Below are positions 62,912 to 64,000 of a stretch of DNA of 64,000 nucleotides, piece after piece; the stretch's first letter is position 1; every line of letters starts with the position of its first letter. The notes beneath the pieces are model-generated. The model was given only the letters and a program-made list of their open reading frames with translations, was not told the DNA's origin and ran no database searches. Location: NCBI GenBank assembly GCA_051313645.2, contig JBNRSN020000010.1, positions 16,430,001 through 16,494,000 on the forward strand. Reading direction: 5' to 3'. The translations under genes were made by a program, and so were the position numbers. The DNA is from Centroscyllium fabricii (taxonomy: Eukaryota).

Positions 62912-63780
62912 CAGCCCTGTATTCCTGTGCTCCGCTTCGTGCGGGTGCGCGCTCCTGCACACCCGCGACGCACGCGCACGTAATTTTTTTTTACCGTCAA
63001 TTTCCTGTGCCATTTGCCATCTTCATGGGCTGCGTAGCGATCTGGCCTCTCCTGCTGCGTTGAGCTTGCTGCGTGTGATATGACCAAGCCCCGCCCACTG
63101 AGGTCTGATTTTTCTGAACAGGCCCCCACAGAACGCACAGAATCTTGCAGAACGAAGGAAAGGCTCAGCAGCTGAAAAGGAGACCTCTAGGTAGGAATGC
63201 TTACTTTTGATCGTTTTCTGTGAATTTTTTTTAACTTTTAAATATTTTTTAACCTCAAAAAACAGTGTTTAAAAAAGAAAAGGCAGCAAAACAGTTCAAA
63301 ACCCTTTTTTAAAAAAAAACACTTTAGAATCACTTAAATTTAACAGTTCAAACATCACACACAGTGAGAAGACGGCAGCTACTTAATTTTTACAAAAACG
63401 GTCTTTAAAAAAGAAAAGGCAGCAAAACAGCTCAAAACCCGGAAAGATCAGAATCACTTCAATTTAACAGTTGAAACACCACACACACACATCAACAAAT
63501 GAATCAACAAAAAACTTACCTTTTAAAGCTATCAGAGTGCTTTTCCCGTTCTCAAATCACCACAGCACACAGCAACGACTGATTCCTAGATGTGCAGCTG
63601 CAGAGCGACTTGCCCACGTGATGACACACGCATTTTGACCCGTTCTGACAGGAAATCATCAGTGCAAGGTCTTCCTGCGTTGGAAGCTAACGGGCCTTGC
63701 CCATCAGCACAGGAAATTCACGTTCGTGGGCATCCCTTCGTGAGTGTGCAGCTCCTCTGGAGCACAGGAAAACAGGGCCC
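62912..63780. mobile_element. MITE, same family as 43844-44726
   Basis: TIRs agccctgtattcctgtgctcc / ggagcacaggaaaacagggccc; internal direct duplication at ~63269 and ~63405. Confidence 0.78.
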
Positions 63781-64000
63781 AATAAGATGAATATGTATTA
63801 TTCCTCAAAGCCTTTTGGAAACCCATATATACAATATCAGCTGCACTACTCTCATCCACCCTCTCCATTACTGCAGAAGCATTTTAATCAATTGATTCCA
63901 ATAGGATTTTCCCTTATAACAACTCGGTGCAGGCTCTCCTTTGTTTGCCCAAGTTGCTATTTATCATCTCCCGGTTTCACGCTACCATCATTAATCTGAC

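Overview
Vertebrate genomic DNA, almost certainly cartilaginous fish (shark/ray-type CR1 LINEs, HE1-like V-SINEs, SacSINE1-like DeuSINEs, GPR139-like receptor family). Most of the window is transposon-derived, and most ORFs in the supplied track are repeat fragments or spurious. Reading for splice sites reveals a multi-exon MS4A (CD20-like tetraspan) gene on + (coding exons 27426-27590, 37163-37273, 39099-39155, 40174-40254, 43593-43718, probable last exon 49908-49952; ~194 aa). A head-to-head MS4A pseudogene lies on - (7233-7396, 2343-2453) and arose by an old inverted duplication. A 5'-truncated GPR139-like GPCR pseudogene lies on - (~56060-56816). The most striking system is two young, non-coding LTR retroelements (20845-23070, 32091-34569) plus a solo LTR (30110-31163). 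They have ~1.0-1.15 kb LTRs and only ~170 bp of internal sequence. Their primer-binding site is not tRNA-like but exactly complementary to the 11 nt just downstream of their own TATA box, with compensatory changes between the two families, i.e. miniature Tf1/sushi-type self-priming retroelements. Also present: a family of promoter- and splice-donor-bearing MITEs, a 140-bp-arm hairpin, and a diverged 26-bp array with strictly conserved period. Repeat boundaries are read by eye and are approximate unless TSDs are given.
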